A stretch of 64,000 nt of DNA from the NCBI GenBank assembly GCA_015066085.1, contig SVPA01000008.1, positions 448 to 64,447 of the forward strand, written 5' to 3'. This stretch comes from Oscillospiraceae bacterium. GTDB lineage: Bacteria; Bacillota; Clostridia; Oscillospirales; Acutalibacteraceae. The notes beneath the pieces were generated by a model that saw only the letters and a program-made list of their open reading frames with translations, had not been told where the DNA came from and did no database searches. Shown here piece after piece: positions 59,794 to 64,000 of this stretch. Numbering within the stretch: position 1 is the first letter of the stretch; the number at the start of each line of letters is the position of its first letter. The position numbers and the translations under genes were made by a program.

Positions 59794-61203
59794 ATGGAGA
59801 AATTAATGATTAAGAAAATCAGTAAAAAAGCACTCATTTGGGCAACGGTGATTGTTGTTCTTTTAGGCTTAGTTACGGGTCTTATTGTTGGCAGTTTTGC
59901 TGATATGAAGCCTTCTAGAGAATTTACTGTAACACAAGCCGAAGAATTTATAAATACAGCCCTTAAAAACCTTCCAAAGTCGGTTTCTAAGGGTGCTGTC
60001 TGGGTTGCTGAAAAAAGCACTGTAAAGGTAAATAGCGTAAAGTACGGGGAAGAGAAGAATGTAATTCTTGACTGCACCTATTCTACGGTAGATATAGCAG
60101 CGGCGATAGAAGAGAACAAACAACTTATAATAAATACCGCCTATTCTAAATACATAGAGGGTAAAAACGCGGGCGAAATGCAGAACGCTACTAAAATTCG
60201 TCAAGCAATAACCGAAGAACTTCTTGCTGTTTGCGAAACTGCAAAGCCTACAAGCGGGAATATTACCCTGACTCTTTATGAGGTTAAAAAGGGTGAGTTT
60301 GTTCTTCATTACAGTGATACTGCTGTTGATACCTGTCTCGGAGGAATTTTAAGTGTTGGTAAAACGGTTGACACTTTAAATTCGGTTAAGTATGAAGGAA
60401 AGGTTGTAGATATTACTAACAACAATTCTCTTCGCACCGCAATTAAAGACAGTTTTAAACTCGTTAACTATGATACCCAAAAACCTGAGGTTGGGAACTT
60501 TATTGTAAAATGGTGCTCTAAATTTGCCTACGATTTTAACCGTAACTTTATTGAAAAGGATAGATGGCTCTATCTTGTAGAGGGCCTTGGAACAACCCTT
60601 GCAATTACCGCTCTTGCCGGTCTTATGGGAATGGTTCTTGGTTTCCTTGTTGCAATAATTCGTTGCACCAATGAGTTAACGGGCAAACTAAAGATAATAG
60701 ATAAGGTTTGCCGTTTCTATTTAACCCTTGTCCGCGGAACGCCCGTAATGGTACAACTGCTTATTATCTATTTTGTAATACTTCTTCCGATAGGTATTCC
60801 TAAATTTATTTCGGCAGTTTTGTGCTTTGGTCTTAACAGCGGTGCTTATGTTGCCGAAATTGTTCGAGGCGGAATTATGTCGGTTGATAAGGGCCAGACC
60901 GAAGCAGGAAGAAGCCTTGGTTTCAACTATGCTCAAACAATGCTTCACTTTGTGGCTCCTCAAGCATTTAAAGCCGTTCTTCCCGCCCTTGCAAACGAAT
61001 TTATAACTCTTTTAAAGGAATCTTCGGTTGCCTTCTATATTGGTGTTGCCGATTTAACACAGGGCGGTCTTAAAATTCGTTCGCTAACCTATAGTAGTTT
61101 TATGCCACTAATTGCTGTTGCACTAATTTATTTGGTAATAGTGTTAATACTTACCCGCCTTGTAGGTATTCTTGAAAGGAGGCTGCGTAAGAGTGACCAC
61201 TAA
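59794..61203 (+). CDS. Amino-acid ABC transporter permease (HEQRo type) with an N-terminal extension of about 250 aa
   Basis: The C-terminal roughly 215 aa carry the polar amino-acid permease pattern (GL..T..I........G.......R; EAGRSLG; LP.L.NEFI.L.K.SS). The N-terminal part has one TM ([21 protein letters not shown]) followed by about 220 aa with no motif I recognise. The alternative start ATG at 59806 follows ggag. Confidence 0.82.
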   Translation: MEKLMIKKISKKALIWATVIVVLLGLVTGLIVGSFADMKPSREFTVTQAEEFINTALKNLPKSVSKGAVWVAEKSTVKVNSVKYGEEKNVILDCTYSTVDIAAAIEENKQLIINTAYSKYIEGKNAGEMQNATKIRQAITEELLAVCETAKPTSGNITLTLYEVKKGEFVLHYSDTAVDTCLGGILSVGKTVDTLNSVKYEGKVVDITNNNSLRTAIKDSFKLVNYDTQKPEVGNFIVKWCSKFAYDFNRNFIEKDRWLYLVEGLGTTLAITALAGLMGMVLGFLVAIIRCTNELTGKLKIIDKVCRFYLTLVRGTPVMVQLLIIYFVILLPIGIPKFISAVLCFGLNSGAYVAEIVRGGIMSVDKGQTEAGRSLGFNYAQTMLHFVAPQAFKAVLPALANEFITLLKESSVAFYIGVADLTQGGLKIRSLTYSSFMPLIAVALIYLVIVLILTRLVGILERRLRKSDH

Positions 61204-61933
61204 CAGCGTTCTTATAAAAACTGAAAATCTTCAAAAATCGTTTGGAGAACTTGATGTTCTTTGCGGAATTGATATGGAAATCAAAAAGGGCGAAGTAGTT
61301 GTAGTAATTGGACCTTCCGGTTCGGGAAAATCAACCTTCCTTCGTTGCCTTAATCGTCTTGAAGAGCCAACAGGCGGCCACATTCTTTTTGATGGTGCCG
61401 ATATTACAGACCCTAAGTGTAATATCAATATTCATCGTCAGAAAATGGGAATGGTCTTCCAGCAGTTTAACCTTTTTCCGCATATGACCGTTCTAAGAAA
61501 CCTTACTATTGCTCCGATGAAGTTACTTGGTGTGTCAAAAGAAGATGCAGAAACAAAGGCTTTAGAACTTCTAAAAACAGTAGGTTTGGAAGAAAAAGCA
61601 ACCGCATATCCAAATCAACTTTCCGGCGGACAAAAACAGCGTGTTGCTATTGTTCGCGCTCTTGCAATGAACCCCGATGTAATGCTCTTTGACGAACCAA
61701 CCTCTGCTCTTGACCCCGAAATGGTTGGAGAAGTTCTTGAGGTTATGAAAGGTCTTGCAAAAGAGGGAATGACAATGGTTGTCGTAACTCACGAAATGGG
61801 ATTTGCCCGTGAGGTTGCCGACCGAGTTGTATTTATGGCTGACGGAGTTATTGCCGAAGAGGGAACTCCCGAGCAAATTTTCCAAAACCCTCAAAACCCG
61901 AGAACAAAACAATTTTTACAAAAGGTACTTTAA
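61193..61933 (+). CDS. Amino-acid ABC transporter ATP-binding protein
   Basis: Walker [10 protein letters not shown], signature [15 protein letters not shown], Walker [13 protein letters not shown] chose the GTG start at 61193, 10 nt after aaggagg, which overlaps the permease stop. Confidence 0.9.
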   Translation: MTTNSVLIKTENLQKSFGELDVLCGIDMEIKKGEVVVVIGPSGSGKSTFLRCLNRLEEPTGGHILFDGADITDPKCNINIHRQKMGMVFQQFNLFPHMTVLRNLTIAPMKLLGVSKEDAETKALELLKTVGLEEKATAYPNQLSGGQKQRVAIVRALAMNPDVMLFDEPTSALDPEMVGEVLEVMKGLAKEGMTMVVVTHEMGFAREVADRVVFMADGVIAEEGTPEQIFQNPQNPRTKQFLQKVL

Positions 61934-61961
61934 AAAAGATGTGCTTTGCACATCTTTTTTT
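61934..61961 (+). terminator. Rho-independent terminator after the ABC importer operon
   Basis: aaaagatgtgc ttt gcacatctttt followed by a T-run. Confidence 0.8.
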
Positions 61962-61971
61962 CATAAACACC

Positions 61972-62000
61972 TTGATATGAATAGACAAGTATGGTAGAAT
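61972..62000 (+). promoter_or_regulatory. Sigma-A promoter of the second MATE gene (TTGATA-17-TAGAAT, TGn extended -10)
   Basis: ttgata at 61972-61977 and tagaat at 61995-62000, preceded by tgg. Confidence 0.55.
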
Positions 62001-62028
62001 AGCGTGTGGTAAAAAAAGAGGTGTTATT

Positions 62029-63390
62029 TTGTCAGAGAAAATAGAAAATAAAATGGGAACTATGCCGATGAATCGGCTCATAATTACAATGTCCCTTCCT
62101 ATGATGGCGTCAATGCTTATTCAGGCGCTTTATAATATTGTTGACAGTATGTTTGTTGCCCAAATCTGTGAGGAGGCTTTAACCGCCCTTTCCCTTGCTT
62201 TTCCCGTTCAAAACCTTATGATTGGTTTTGCTACGGGTACAGGGGTCGGTATGAACGCCCTTCTCTCAAAGGCTCTTGGCGAAAAGGACTATCAAAAGGT
62301 CAATCGAGCCGCTTCTAACGGTTTCTGTCTTGAAATGTTTGCCGCTCTTTTGTTTGTTCTTTTTGGAATTTTCGGTTCTCGCTTTTTCTTCAGCATTCAA
62401 ACTGATGACCAACTGATAATTGATTACGGAACGAAGTATGTGTCAATTTGTGCAATAGGTTCTGTTTTTCTGTTTTTACAAATAACCTTTGAAAGAATGA
62501 TGCAGTCAACCGGAAAAACTGTTCTTTCAATGATTACCCAAGGGCTTGGCGCAATTGTTAATATCGCTCTTGACCCAATTCTTATTTTTGTTTTTGACCT
62601 TGATGTTGTTGGCGCGGCTCTCGCTACCGTTTTAGGACAGGCTTGTTCTGCCCTTGTAGGTTTTATTTTAAATAGGCGCTTTAATACCGAAGTAAACTTA
62701 AGGTTCAGACAAATCCGCCTTCACAAAGAAACTATAAAGAAAATTTATGCGGTAGGTATCCCCTCAATTATTATGCTTGCAATTGGCTCAGCAATGAACT
62801 TTTTGCTTAATAGTATGCTTATCAACTTCTTCTCTAGCACCGCCGCCGCAGTTCTCGGTGTATATTATAAAATTCAGTCGTTTGTCTTTATGCCCCTGTT
62901 TGGAATGAATAATGGTATCGTCCCGATAATTGCTTACAACTATGGAGCAGGAAAGCGTAAACGAATTACAAGATGTATTCGTCTTTCTGTGCTTTACGCT
63001 TGTGTACTAATGGCAATAGGGCTTCTTATATTTAACCTTTTACCAAATGAACTTCTTTATATGTTCGATGCTTCAGAGCAAATGTTAAAAATAGGCGTAC
63101 CCGCTTTCCGAATAATATCAATAAGTTATGTCTTTGCCGGTTACTGCATAGTAATGGGCTCTGTTTTTCAGGCTTTTGGCAGAGGATTTCTTTCAATGAT
63201 AGTGTCAATTTGCCGTCAACTTGTTGTGCTTGTTCCCTCAGCATATCTTCTTTCTGTCTTCTTTAGAGATAATGTAAATATGTTTTGGTTTTCTTTCCCG
63301 ATTGCTGAAATTATGTCGATGACGGTCAGCACAATTTGCCTTATTTATATTTATAAAAAGGTTATTAAAAAAATCCCTAATAACTTGTAA
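62029..63390 (+). CDS. MATE family efflux transporter
   Basis: 12-TM MATE pattern (P.M.SML.QALYNIVDS.FV). TTG start 5 nt after agaggtg. Confidence 0.85.
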   Translation: MSEKIENKMGTMPMNRLIITMSLPMMASMLIQALYNIVDSMFVAQICEEALTALSLAFPVQNLMIGFATGTGVGMNALLSKALGEKDYQKVNRAASNGFCLEMFAALLFVLFGIFGSRFFFSIQTDDQLIIDYGTKYVSICAIGSVFLFLQITFERMMQSTGKTVLSMITQGLGAIVNIALDPILIFVFDLDVVGAALATVLGQACSALVGFILNRRFNTEVNLRFRQIRLHKETIKKIYAVGIPSIIMLAIGSAMNFLLNSMLINFFSSTAAAVLGVYYKIQSFVFMPLFGMNNGIVPIIAYNYGAGKRKRITRCIRLSVLYACVLMAIGLLIFNLLPNELLYMFDASEQMLKIGVPAFRIISISYVFAGYCIVMGSVFQAFGRGFLSMIVSICRQLVVLVPSAYLLSVFFRDNVNMFWFSFPIAEIMSMTVSTICLIYIYKKVIKKIPNNL

Positions 63391-63408
63391 AAATATTATG
63401 TTTTAATA

Positions 63409-63437
63409 TTGACAGTTTTTCTCTTTTATGATATAAT
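63409..63437 (+). promoter_or_regulatory. Sigma-A promoter upstream of pyrC (TTGACA-17-TATAAT, TGn extended -10)
   Basis: ttgaca at 63409-63414 and tataat at 63432-63437, preceded by tga. Confidence 0.65.
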
Positions 63438-63510
63438 TACTCAAATTGCAAAGGGTCTTTTTAATGGCTTTGTACGGCAAGTTGAAAATTTCATCATTTT
63501 TGCGAAATTT

Positions 63511-63538
63511 ATGCTTGCCGAAAGGCAAGCATTTTTTA
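63511..63538 (+). terminator. Leader terminator (attenuator) between the promoter and the pyrC start codon
   Basis: atgcttgcc gaaa ggcaagcat followed by TTTTTT. The upstream cggcaag (63475-63481) can pair with cttgccg (63514-63520) to form an alternative antiterminator. Confidence 0.6.
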
Positions 63539-63561
63539 AGGCAAACTGAAAGGAGACTGTT

Positions 63562-64000
63562 ATGAAATACCTACTTAAATCAGCAAAAGCGTATATAGGT
63601 AATTCGTTTGAATCGGTCGACCTGCTTGTTGAGAACGGGGTTTTCGTTTCTATTGGTAAAGAACTTCCTGTTTTAGACGCTACTATTATCCCTTGTGACA
63701 GACTTACTGTTTTTCCCGGTTTCTCAGATGTTCATGTTCATCTGAGAGAGCCGGGTTTTTCTTATAAAGAAACCGTTTCGTCGGGAACTCTTGCCGCGGC
63801 AAGAGGCGGTTATACCAACATTTGCTCAATGCCAAACCTAAAACCCTGTCCCGATAGTTCAGATAATTTAAAACTGCAACTTGATTTGATAAAAGAAAAT
63901 GCAGTTATAAATGTTTATCCTTTTGGTACAATAACCAAAGCACAACTTGGAGAAACTCTGTCTGATATGGAAGATATGTCACAGGATGTTATCGGGTTTT
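63562..64000 (+). CDS. pyrC: Dihydroorotase, 5' part; it continues beyond the window
   Basis: My own translation gives MKYLLKSAKAYIG...FPGFSDVHVHLREPGFSYKETVSSGTLAAARGGYTNICSMPNLKP, with the metal-ligand HxH motif and the MPN motif. RBS aaaggag. It is absent from the ORF track because no stop codon falls inside the window. Confidence 0.85.
   Translation, partial: MKYLLKSAKAYIGNSFESVDLLVENGVFVSIGKELPVLDATIIPCDRLTVFPGFSDVHVHLREPGFSYKETVSSGTLAAARGGYTNICSMPNLKPCPDSSDNLKLQLDLIKENAVINVYPFGTITKAQLGETLSDMEDMSQDVIGF

Noticed and set aside
63438-63510. PyrR binding loop in the pyrC leader
   Set aside because: I looked for the conserved ARUCCAGAGAGGYU-type loop on the sense strand and did not find it. 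The attenuator is therefore reported without assigning PyrR.

Overview
Chromosomal segment of a mid/low-GC Firmicute, apparently a sporulating member of the Clostridia: GGAGG-type RBSs, near-consensus sigma-A promoters with 17-nt spacers, and a yunB-like gene. Most of it is core metabolism and housekeeping. (1) A 9-gene branched-chain amino acid operon, ilvB(partial)-ilvN-ilvC-ilvD-leuA-leuC-leuD-leuB-ilvE (1-9726, +). (2) An 11-gene histidine operon, hisZ-G-D-C-B-H-A-F-IE plus a PHP histidinol phosphatase (9977-18277, +). (3) A minus-strand block holding fakA-plsX-degV-GNAT-like-ACP, a PAP2 phosphatase with a two-component system, a small P-loop/XRE/membrane module, tmRNA and smpB, coaD/rsmD, gap, two FAD oxidoreductases, a split chromate transporter and trmO. 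(4) Transporters (SNF, AGCS, MATE), a second PHP phosphatase, ligA, secDF, an aminotransferase, rny and trmB. (5) A two-gene G3E (CobW-like) metallochaperone module with a His/Cys-rich tandem repeat. (6) A MarR-ABC-ABC-GNAT-FkbM operon. (7) An amino-acid ABC importer, a second MATE pump and the start of pyrC. I found no CRISPR array, transposase, integrase, rRNA or canonical tRNA. Three things deserve follow-up most. First, the tightly packed fakA-plsX-degV-(uncharacterised two-lobed GNAT-like protein)-dedicated ACP operon may be an unrecognised fatty-acid-scavenging N-acylation pathway. Second, the tmRNA 3' end, together with its terminator and flank, is duplicated about 209 nt downstream of ssrA. 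Third, the CobW-like pair carries a 4 x 51-nt in-frame repeat and what looks like a P-loop/CCxxD-domain fusion. All functional calls rest on motif recognition by eye; no database search was run.
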